DNA from: Spironucleus salmonicida
Taxonomy: Eukaryota
Assembly (NCBI RefSeq): GCF_000497125.1
Contig: NC_090598.1
Location: forward strand, 434,001 to 498,000
Length of the DNA stretch: 64,000 nt
Direction of reading: 5' to 3'
Shown here piece by piece: positions 24,301 through 36,000 of this stretch (position 1 is its first letter; every line of letters starts with the position of its first letter). Under the pieces are notes generated by a model. That model saw nothing but the letters and a program-made list of their open reading frames with translations. It was not told the DNA's origin and did no database searches. The translations under genes and the position numbers were made by a program.

Positions 24301-26184
24301 CTTTTTAGGGATTTATCTATCAGATAATTTTTATATTGGCTTTGGTGGGGCATTTAGTTATATATCATCTATAATATCTGCTTCATCTTAGTTTTCTTAA
24401 TATAATTCGTCTTTATTAATAACCCCATCGCTAGATCCAACATTAGTTGAAGTACTGCCCTTATTTAGTCCAGATTATTATTTATTAGTGTATCTTATAC
24501 CTTTTAATCTATTTTATAATGTTTCATTAACACTTTTTCCTATTCTATTCGAAGCCATTGGAATCCAGCTTTAGAGTTGATCATCTTCTTCAACCTTTAC
24601 ATTTTTAGAAGTACTAGCAGGATGTATTTACCTTCTTTCTGCATAATCTTATTCAATTAATTCAAGTTTTTCAGCCAATTCTTATCTAGTACGAGCATTT
24701 TCATTAACCTATGATCTAGCAACTGCTCTTTTAATCTCTGTTTGCGTTAAAGGTCTATCAACATTAACCAATTCATCCGCACGAAGTTCCTGGTCTGCTT
24801 TTTTAGAATAGTTCTTGTTATCATTCTAATATCTTTTAGGGGGCTCCATCTAATTTTATAAAACATTTTCATTTACAGTATTTTAGTTTATTTTCTACTG
24901 TTTTTACTCTAGAATTTCATCATCATCCACCGCAAATGAAATTTTCTTCTTGTCAATCTAACTTGTACTAGATACTCCAGAGGCTCCCTCAACTCCTTAA
25001 CTTCCGCCACTATTCCCATCTCCAGTTTTACTACTTTTCATACTTTCCATTATTCCACTAACTTACGACAACAGTTTTTCATCATTTTTACGATCCCGTT
25101 CTACTTACATTTTTATATCATTATTAGCATATTTTGTATTAAACATTTCCTCCACTTCTTAAACTTCTGCATCCATATCACGCATTTTCATTTCAGGTGG
25201 TGTAATTTTACCAGGTAATACATCCATTGTGATCGTTTCGAGTTGTTTCTCCGCAAATTTATGATCGAATTCATCATCGAGAGTGAAATTTGTAGTAATT
25301 TTTCCGGAAATTGTCACCAAATCATTGTAAATATCGCAGTTTGAAGGACTGAAATTAGCCAAAATTAAATAAAAGCAGCGTAAAATATCATTGATATTAT
25401 TTAAATTTAATGATTTTTAATCAATTTTGAGCTTAAAATTCAAGTCCATTTCGCGGGCTGTAAATATCGCTAATAAGATATAAAGAGATATTACTTTTCC
25501 TTATGTAAGGAAGTGATCAACAAGTTACAGCCACTCTTTCCCCTCTAGCTACTCTGTAAAAAATGTACTGAATACATTAAAAATGAAAAATTATTGATTT
25601 TTCAGATTTTTCAGACAATGGTTTTGGTTGTTCTGATGCATTAAATTTGCAATTTTAACAGGTTCTTATACTTTCTGGGGTGTCTTCAGAATAAAGAAAT
25701 TTTCAATCATTGAGTTGATAATGAAAAGCTCACGATTTGACATAAAATTACGAAAAATAAACATATTTTCGTATGTTTTTAGAAGAAGGCAAACTGTTTC
25801 AAAGGCGGAAGCTGTTGAAATTCCATAAAATTTGACGAATGGAAAGATGAACTTAGGCAACCATGAGCATTGTGCTAGTGATGGTGACCAGCGATACAAT
25901 GCGAGTGCTACTTTCTCGACACGCTGCTTAAGCGTTCTGTTAGCAATTGGATACATCTCATCTAAGGTAAATGTGAGATTTTTGGCCTATAGTATTAGAT
26001 TTGGTGTGTTAAGTGACTCTTTTTCTGTATAAAGTTTATAATCCTAAACAAACGTGTCTAAGCGATCTTCATTACATGGCAAAGCTAGCAAAAACCTCCA
26101 GCAGTTATCTCTATGTTAATCTGGATATGCTTTATATTGCTTTAATAATGCTATTAAATGATTCTTTGTTAAAGTTGGAAGCAT
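21316..26184 (-). CDS. TBC1D31/WDR67-like TBC-domain protein with a long low-complexity Q/S/P-rich C-terminus (~1622 aa)
   Basis: N-terminal LLKQYKAYPDQHRDNCWRFLLALP...YPIANRTLKQRVEKVALALYRWSPSLAQCSWLPKFIFPFVKFY resembles the TBC1D31 TBC region. ORF-track fragments 21406, 25159 and 25666 share one frame. Interior spot-checked only. Confidence 0.75.
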
Positions 26185-26255
26185 TTTGAGACTAAAATTT
26201 TTAATATAAAACATATATTTATATATAATAAATATATAAATTAGTAAAAATACAA

Positions 26256-26855
26256 TCAATATTAGTTAAGTTCAGATATATCCAATGTTGCAAAGGTATC
26301 GTAGTTTAAATTGACTTCATATTATCCTATCTATAGATAATCAATTTTATTTGTTCTGTAATCTTTTATTTTTAATTTATGTTCACAATATAACTAAGCA
26401 TATCTAGATCTTGAATATTATATTACTTCCTACATCTAAGTCAGGCCAAAATATTCACCATCTATGTTCACTAATTTATCATAATACTTTATTTTTTATA
26501 TCTATACAAAATCTTCGGCATTTAAAATCTTTACATTTTCTTTAATTTCATTAACACGTTAAATATTCTTAATATGCTTTATTTCTTATGTATTTTTAAA
26601 TATAATAATTTGAATTTTAAAATAAATATCATCCAGTTTCAATACTTTTGATTCAGTTTATTGCAGATAAAATTGCTCTAAATTGCATTTAAATGAATAG
26701 TTTAAACTTTATGTTTTGCTAGCATTAAAATGTGTCAACAAAGTGAAGGGTTGGTATGAAACCACTGGTTGAATTTCAGTATAAATTCTTAGATTATTAA
26801 TGATGCAAAACCCAGCTTATAATGTTAAGATATGCTCTTAAATTATACACTGCAT
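26256..26855 (-). CDS. Hypothetical protein (199 aa)
   Basis: Code-6 ORF from ATG 26855 to TGA 26256; no motif recognised. Confidence 0.6.
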
Positions 26856-27363
26856 TATTTAATTATTATAGTCTTAGAATTTAGTTAAGCACTCTTTGAT
26901 TGTTAATAATATTATTCAATAATTTTAAATATATAATATGAAATTTAGAGAGTAGTTATGTTAAAATTGAGAGGAGCTGAATAGAAATTATTATATAATG
27001 TAAAGTATCAATAGAATATCATTTTGAATTAAGAATTTTTTGATATTTGATTTATGTGATCATATCAAGATTAAATTTGAAGTGAGTACATGATCAAGAA
27101 AAATAAATATGATAATATAAAGCAAAAGTAGAACAATATTTAATGCTACGCAGATATAACCAAATAAAGTAATACAATCCTAACATTCAGGATTTTTGGG
27201 TAGTTAGTAAAAATTAATTTTTAAATATCATTAAAATATGAAGGAATTAATATATTATTATAACTAATATATTTAATAACTAAAAAAGTAATATTTCTTT
27301 TAAACGATGTATTTTATATTTTTCTAATATAATACATACATATACTATAGTTCCTCTCCCTAA

Positions 27364-27639
27364 ATGATAAAAGTTGAATTTTTAGGAGGGCTTGAGTTAC
27401 TTACTAACAATATATCACATTTTTAACTTGATATAGTCCAACCTTGCGAATTAAACTAGGTAGCTTAGTTAATAACCGAGAAGGTCATTACAAAAGATAG
27501 CGAAATATTTTTCTAAGACAGCCAGATTTAGAATGGAATCATTTAGTTAATTAATGACTAGGATATCGAGATTTTGGACTCCTCTATAGTTAAACCAGGC
27601 GACAAACTTACATTTATCAGCATGGTTCATGGTGGATGA
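27364..27639 (+). CDS. URM1: Ubiquitin-related modifier 1 (91 aa)
   Basis: MIKVEFLGGLELL...GIIQLINDQDIEIL...GDKLTFISMVHGG-stop; C-terminal HGG. Confidence 0.93.
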
Positions 27640-27772
27640 CCAGTGATTCGCTATTCTCATTGTAAATTTTAAACAAATTGCGTTATACTACAATTTAGAA
27701 CGTAGTTCTAACGCAATTTCAGCAGTTTCTTATATTTTAGCTATATTTTCCAAAAACACCAATACTGAATTT

Positions 27773-28333
27773 TCACTCCTCATCCTCATCCTCGCTCACG
27801 CCAGACCCTCTCACCATCAAATTCTCAACTATCAGTCTGTAAATATCTGCCACAACTCGGCCAATTTAGCATTTCTGACTTTCCACTCCCTATTCGCAAA
27901 ACGTAGCTTTCTGAACCGTTTCGAGCAGGGTTTCGGTCCCAAAAGGGTACAGGTGCCCGGTACGGTAACCTACGCTCAGCAGCGCGTTCGCAAGCTCTCG
28001 CTGGTTTGCGTTCTCTGTGACGCTGTGCGTGACGAACGTGTACTAGCAGTTCATCAGGCGCTGCCAGTCGCCAGCGATTTGAATTTCCGTGCTGTTCTGG
28101 TCGAAGGTTCCGTGCAGAATCACTTCGTAAAAGTGCACTCCGAGGGCGTCCCACTCGAAAAGGAATGTCTCGAGGTAGGAATGAATCAGCGCAGACGTCA
28201 CAAAGTCTGGGCCGTTTGGGAGCAGTTTGTCGTGAAATTTGGGCGCAAAATCACGCTGCACAATCCTGTACTCAATGTGAACCAATTCTGGGTTTTGGGG
28301 GCCAAACTTTGATAGCAGAATCGGAATGAGCAT
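27773..28333 (-). CDS. Hypothetical GC-rich protein, possibly secreted (186 aa)
   Basis: Starts MLIPILLS, acidic tail SEDEDEE, ends GAG-TGA. Confidence 0.7.
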
Positions 28334-28499
28334 TATTAGAGTTCTAATAATATATGGTAATTGAAATATATTATTTTGCTAAATGGGAATATGAAAAATC
28401 GATTAAAATGGTGTATATGCTATTCAATAGTTATGATTAATGTATAATTGAATGATTAGATATAGTGAAAAGGAATTGTGAGCTAAATATTAGTAATTG

Positions 28500-30231
28500 A
28501 TAAGTAGTAATATATAAAATAATATATTTGGATGTTTACTACTATCCTGAAGTTGAATGACTGGGATTAAAAGAGATATTTATCGTTAATTAATAAATTA
28601 AGCTTTAGTTGTTTTTGTTACAATGCGGTCTACGATAATATTCTAGAAGTAGTTATAGAATATATCAAATATAAGAGTTAAACATTGAATTGGTTTATGT
28701 AGCTGACGGTTAGAGAATCATAATTTCTAGTTGCTACTAATATCAAGATTTTGATCTTGCTCCCTTTAGTAGTGTTAAAGATGATAGATTATACTTGTTA
28801 ATAATAAGTGCACCTGAAATTTTTTGGTAATATAAATAAATAGTTACGATATTATAAGTTGTATTGTAGTTATTCACATATTTATTAACGTTTAAGTTAA
28901 AAATTTCTGATGTGTGAAATACCAGTAATAAATCTATTTTATAAGACACATAAAATCTGAATTATACTTCATCATACAGTAAATATTATGTTTAATTGCT
29001 ATCTTCCGTCTAGGCTTAATATGAATAAACTAAATTATTATATTATTTGGATTTATAGTATTAATAAATAAAAAACATGTCATATTACAACAATTCATAA
29101 GAAATCTAGTAACTAGCTCTTACTAGAAGTAGATAGGCTTGAGTTTTATAGGGTATCGCTTTTGAATATGATTTAAAACTTATAGACACAATAAAATATC
29201 ATACTGCAATTTATAAAAGTAATTTAATCTACAATTTAGATTATGAGTAATAGTATTTATTAATAAAATTACATTATTGATAATCTAATTAAATCCAAAA
29301 ATATTATATTAACTCTACTTACTAAAGTGATATATGATTTTGAAATACTAATAAATACATCATAGTGTTAATATATAAAATAAAATGATTAATATCCTAA
29401 GTTAAATTGTCTTCCTTATTTTAGTTATATAGATTAAATAACTTATTATATTATCAATAATATTTGGATATTATTATAATATATTCTATAATTATATTTA
29501 TATAACGAAATATGTAGCAAACAATTAGCTAAATAAATTATATCAACCTTATAAAAATTATAAATGACAATAAAATATATGCTATATAACTTGTTAATAC
29601 AAATTGAAAATAAGTGGATATTACTTGTATATTAGCATTATACTATATTAGTAAAATAAAGATATTAAGATAAATTGAGCTTGTACTATATAAAAATATT
29701 ATCTTATTTTGATGGTATTTAAATAAGCGTTAACTATTAATTATAGTTAAACTTCTAGTCGGAATTACTGAAGGTAATGACGTTTATGAGTTTAAATTTA
29801 TTCAAAATTAATATCGTATAGTTTTTTTGAGTAATTTATTATGTAATCGGAATCATATAGAACTAGTAATCATTATTTAGGATATTCTATAGGTATATAT
29901 ATTATAAATATGTTAAAATAATAAAAGATTTATAACGGCAGCATTTTATTCTTTTAATATTAAATATATTTTTTATATGTTATTGGTGATTATTATCAAT
30001 TCTATTGTAATAAGTAAAATTTCACATTATAAAGATAATCAGAAGTCATATGATTATAAATCTTAATAATTCAGTCTTGGATTTAATTAAAAAATCAAAG
30101 ATAATGTTGAAACTTACAAAATACTTATATATTTTATAACTAATAGAAAGAGAACTATAATTTAATGGTAAAATTAAATCAAGTATATTGAAAATTAATC
30201 AATTATTTAGATTTTTAATAAATATTTTTGA
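28500..30231 (+). pseudogene. Possible decayed gene remnant in an AT-rich gap
   Basis: One + frame reads protein-like but is interrupted by TGA at about 28558, 28915, 29140, 29278 and 29335; hydrophobic stretch near 29960-30010; no family recognised. Confidence 0.3.
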
Positions 30232-30640
30232 TTTATTAACTTAAACTATTTACAATTGTATATATACTGTACATATTCTTAATTATAGGTAATAAATCCT
30301 ACTAAAAATTATTCGTAATCTACTTCTTATTATTAATCAAGCATAAATTACAATGTTGATACTTTAATTAATATAATGCATTTAATTTTTAAAAATTTTA
30401 TCAGACTTATATAAATATCATAAATATATAATAAATAAGGATAAATTTTGATTCAAAAATAATTTTAAAGTCAATAATCGTATGATAGTTGTTTCCTTAT
30501 ATGTGACCAAATTATTAATTAGCTAATTAGTATTTGTATATTAATATGAACTAAAACTATTTACAACTTATGAGCTGATTTAATTTGGAATTACTTATAA
30601 TTTATATATACTTATAACATGATCGGTAAAATTTAGAATT

Positions 30641-31927
30641 ATGCGCCCATTGTTCTCGTAAATATAGGACCAACTAGCCTCACTTAAGTCTCAAAACTTA
30701 CCAGAATCTTGGATGATGTTAATATAAGATTCACCTGAGTCATTCTCTTTTGCAGGAACAGGGTCAGGAGGAATGTTTGAATTTTCTCCATTTTTATTAC
30801 CCGATTTAACTTGCTATATTGTGTTATTTATTGAGCAGCATCGAGCTACTTAACTACAGTTAAAAAGTACTTACGTTTTGATTGTTTTCACTGGTCCTAA
30901 GGCGTTGATTCCAAGGAGTCAGATAAATTAAAATTTATCATCTGCTTCATTTAAAGCGACATTTTCAGGTTTTTCTATAATTTTATACTGTGATAGTGCT
31001 GAATCATTATCAAATTAACTTAAATTTTCATCTATCCATCCTAGTTTTAAATGTACATTTTAGAAATTAAGCTAAGGATTTTAGGTGATTAGCTCAAAGG
31101 ATCGAAAACCGCAACCTTATTATAACTCATTAGTGAATGTGTATTGTGAAGAATCTAGAAATAATCTATTTAAAACTAAGTAAATTCACTTATAAGGTAA
31201 ATAGCTTAAAAGAGTTGTTACAAGAACGCTTACTCCTCAATAAGATGAAAGACCACAAAATTATATTAATTCTAGATTAGCTTTAATTTAGGCACCATTG
31301 ACAGTTGATATTAGTAATATTTCTCTTAGTGATGATGAAGATTTAGAACATTTCATGAGTAGTCTTCCTTAAAGAAAGAAGAAGGTAAAAAGTGGCAAGA
31401 ATATTGATCCAAAAATACCTGTAACTGCGCCTGTAGTTGAATAAAGGAAACGAGAGATACCAATAGTTTCGCTTGTTAATACTGAGCCTACTGTTTAATA
31501 ACAGACTGAAAAGAAAAAGAAGGCTAAATAAAAAGATAAAGATAATCTCACAATTTTATAACTATTTAATTAATAATTATAAGAATTATAAAATTTAAAA
31601 ATCGATGATTAAAAATAATAGCAATAAACATAAGTAGTTATAACTGGTATAGAATAATTTAGTTAATCAACAATTAGTGAGAGAGCTGAACGAACAAAAT
31701 AAGTTAAATAAGCTCTATCTAGAGCAGCTATGAGCTATGTTGTATTTTTAGCAGCTTAAAAAAATTGTCTTGAAGCTAAATTTGCAGATACACTATAAAA
31801 ACTTAAAGATCATATATAAGGTCCCAAATTTCAACTTTTAACCAAAGTTATTAATAGCAATAAGACATTAAATACAGAGGAAATTTGTCTTTAAGAAATT
31901 AAAATGTGGATTAAATTTTTATAGTGA
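30641..31927 (+). CDS. Protein with an N-terminal ADF-H (drebrin/Abp1/coactosin-like) domain and a basic/coiled-coil C-terminus (428 aa)
   Basis: ESWMMLIQDSPESFSFAGTGSGGMFEFSPFL...CYIVL...KSTYVLIVFTGP...FSGFSIIL..DSAESLS follows the drebrin-like ADF-H pattern (W.L......L.L...G.GG..E...Y....K.VLI.W.G); recognised by eye. Confidence 0.65.
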
Positions 31928-32011
31928 ATTTATTAATTATCTTATTTTATTTGTTAATTTAAATATAACTATTTTATAATAATATTAATCTAGTATTTCT
32001 TTCCTTAATAA

Positions 32012-32236
32012 ATGAATATTACGGAACCGTTGGATATGCTTAAATTTTTAGTAAATGAAAAGATCATTGTTTATCTATATGATAAAAGCTTATTAATTGC
32101 TACTTTAGTTTAGTATGATGAGCATTTAAATCTTGTTTTATCAGCTGTTGAAGAGCATAAAGATATATAAATTCGTGGGTTTGACAATATGATTATTCAT
32201 GGTTCTAATATTGACTATATTACTAAAGCTAAGTGA
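32012..32236 (+). CDS. Sm/LSm protein, LSm3-like (74 aa)
   Basis: EPLDMLK...EKIIVYL...ATLVQYDEHLNLVLSAVEE (Sm1) and MIIHGSNI (Sm2). Confidence 0.85.
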
Positions 32237-32247
32237 TAATTTTATAC

Positions 32248-32553
32248 TCAGTTCATTTCACCATCTGACATATCACTTGTTATCAAAACTTTAGTAAATT
32301 ATAAGTTTAAAAGCTTTTATTTCCTTAATTACTACCAGGTGCTAACTGATGGCAATTATATTATACTTTAGTGTACTCTAGCATGATTCGAAGTAGCTCT
32401 CCAATTATGATGCTAAATTATAGGTAATTTTACAATTTCAGTTTCAAATTTCTATTATTACGCATTATCTCCTTCTATTTATATAAGCTCATCCTAACCA
32501 TCGATAATAACAGGCAGATGACGAGGAAAAACTGGTCTTCGTAGACTGGTCAT
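32248..32553 (-). CDS. Hypothetical small protein (101 aa)
   Basis: Code-6 ORF MTSLRRPVFPRHLPVIIDG... with an AT-rich element upstream. Confidence 0.6.
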
Positions 32554-33082
32554 TCTATAACAAACTGTTATTTATTTATATAATTAAAGATATCTTGATA
32601 TCAATTGTTTTCATTGGTTATTGTAAAAATTTATATGAATATAATTCCAATTTATGAAAAAACTGTAAAAATTTCTAATTAATGATAGTAAATACTTTTA
32701 TATATTTATTAATCTCACTGATTCTAATTTTTAAATTAGGCTCATTTGATAGTTCTTAAAGTGGAGTTACTATCATATATAAAAAGTAGTATATAGAGAA
32801 TTTATAATTATTAGTGTTATCTGAATAGTTATATAAGTATCAAGCAAATAATTTTTGATTTAAACGTAAATAATAAATCATTTTCTAATCTTATTTGGAT
32901 TCCAGCATAATTACCACTTTACATGAGTTAGCGTTTTTATTTTATACAAAATCATATAAATCTACTATTTATCTTAGATTTTGATGAATATAAATATAAT
33001 ACCTTTTATTCAGTTAATCATTCATTATGACTAAATAATAAAAAACACGTTAAATTTTCTTAATAACAGCAGATATTTATGT

Positions 33083-36000
33083 TCACTCTAGAACTCCGCA
33101 TGCCCCCTGGACTATGAAGTCTTCTGCACCATCAACATTAATATAAAAAGCAATATCTTTTCGGCTAATATTTTAATACACTGGAAGCCCCACGCTTTTA
33201 TTTTCCAATATCTTATCGTTTTTCTCTATCCTAGCATACACCATGATCTCATTATAACTTTTGTCATCAAATATCTCAAGTTTTCCGCTGAACTTGCAGA
33301 ACATAAATCTGACACCTAAAACTGAGATGTCAGTTTTCTAAAATCCAAAGATTAATCTGTCGCCAGAGGCGAAATTTTTCATACTTCTAAATGTTTTAAG
33401 CGTGTTTTGATGAGGAATTTGACTCGAAAATTATATTTCAAATGGTGATATATTAATTGATTAAACTAGATTTTTGTTTTTAATAATGACATTTTAATTG
33501 GATTTTCCTTACCTCAAAATAATATTTTCTGCAATGTTTAACGCATCAGAAACTAGTTCCTGACCTGCAAATTCCTCTGCAGATGGCAATAAAAGTGTAC
33601 CACTAATATGAGAATCATGAAAATCAAATCCGATAGAATTAATTTTCTGTTCTGTTTAGACTTTTACACATACAAAATTTCTGATAATATGCGTTAGAAT
33701 TAACTTATCTTCTGGTGTTTCTGCTCGATTCAAATAACAAGTATATAAAATCAAATTTTATAATAGAGAAAAATCTATATCAAGCTAAAGATTTTAATTC
33801 TTTAAGATAATAACAATTTGACTTAACTCGAAAACACCAAACCCGTAGTCTTTTCGTAGACCAATCGGGGCGTAATTTTGACGTAAAACGATGGATGAAT
33901 GAGCTGCTGCAATTGTTTAAATAAGCAATGACGACTAATCCAGTTCTTTTGTTAAAAACTGGATAGTTTCCTTGTATGTCAAGTCAAAATTCTACTTACT
34001 CTCTACACGAAATACAAAACAATTGTTTATAATATATTAGGATAAATTTTTATTTTGAGCTGTAAAAATAGAATTTTAAGACTTTGAAGAACATGCTTTC
34101 TGAAACTTCTACTATTCAGACTATGATGCTAGGTGGAAATTTTATATTATAACTGGTTATTGAATCTGCTTTATATATTCTAAATTACAATTTTAATTGC
34201 CAAACTATAACTTTTCAACTGTTTCGGAAAAACTAAGTGGAATAGCGGTTTCAGGGTTAATCTATCCCTCAGATACTAGCAAAAATGTATTATTTTAGTA
34301 TCTATAAATCAATTTTTCTAATGAAAACTCATTTACTGGTATTTTAAATTATAACAAGTTGCTTATTATTGTACTAACCTTGTCTAGCAATTAAATTGAT
34401 TTGTTATCTTTCATAGTTAAAAATTCCTAGACTATTACATTTTCATGAGTTTATTAAGTTAATATGTCACATTTTGATAGCCCAAAAATATCTGAATATT
34501 CACTTTCTTAAATAACGAAACCCAGAAATGCAATGGAAAATGCTAATTTTTCTTTATTTGAAAGACTACAAATAGCAGTTTTGTACAAAATTTCTGTAAA
34601 TTTTCGAGTGAATTAAGAGAGAATATCAGATTCTACTACAGGAGTTGTAAAAACGGATTTTGCTTCGTCAATTATAGCATAAAATGTTTGTTTTTAGATT
34701 TTGAATATGCTGAAAAATTCACTAAAATATTCAAACAGCTTAAAAATTTCAGAAATAAATTTAGCAGTTTTGAGGTAGATGTTGAGCAACATTTTAGATG
34801 TTTTAAGGAGTGCATCTGACTCATTTTTTTAATTCTCAATTTCACAAAATTCTGCTTTTGTTTATTTTAGGATGTTTAAGATAGATGAATTTTCCAAAAG
34901 TTCGCTTGATGATGAATTAGAAATTGTAGAAAGAAGCTTTAATTCTAAAATTAAAAGTTGTGATGCAAGCGTATTTTAGGTTAAAATGTTATTTTTAATA
35001 TTAATTCTAAGTTAAGGCTAGTCAAATGACATTATAAGATCTTTTTGGTGTTAAATATTTGATAGAAGTGTTTCTTAGAAGTTTAGAATATGACATTTTT
35101 GGATTGTATTTACTGGGAAGGTTTCTATATTATTTACAACAAAAATAACTTTGAAGTTATTGTTAATTTCAATTTATTTGTCTATTAGTGTTATTGTTTC
35201 GATTTTTAAATTCTTTGACGAGTTGTTAAACTTTATTTAGTAATTAATAAGTTGGTTAAATAGAGCATCGTATTATACTATATCTTCAATTATTAGTATT
35301 TTACCAAATCTTAAGGCACGTTCGACTTAAATAAGATAATCTGTAGATTACTAGGAGGTAATAGTAGCTTCTAAGTTAAATACGATATTTAGTTTCAGAG
35401 AAATATCAGCGACGCTAAATAAATTATATACAATTATTGAAGATATAAATTGATTGATTTAATTTGGCTAAGTATTTAATGCTAAAATAGAAGCTATGTT
35501 AAATTTAGACACCATATCATTATTAAATGAACATTTTTCAATTATTTGATCAAGATTATCTTTATTTGTACATATATTCTCATATATTTCAAATTAATTC
35601 GTAAATTTAATGTTAGTTTATTCTAACCAAATTTTAATCTCTCTAATAGCTAGGGTTTTAATCTCTTCTTCCACTTGTACCAAATAAACAATACCAAAAG
35701 ATAGTATTAGTATATTACCAACATTATTTGTTAATTACTATTGTAAAAAGTTAGATTATGACTTCCATCTTTCTTTTTCGCTATCAAATTAAGAAACCAA
35801 GTCTATGGCTTTATTATATTTTTTTACTGTATCCTCTTTTGTGATTTCTAAGCTACTTAAATTTTGAAGCAAAGTTTTATAATCTTCTTCATATTGTTTT
35901 TAGTCTAGTTGTAGTTTCTCTACGTCTTTTTCATACAAAAGTAATTCTTATTATATAACATCAGCTTCTTTTTCAATTTTCTGAATTTCCAAAAGTAACG

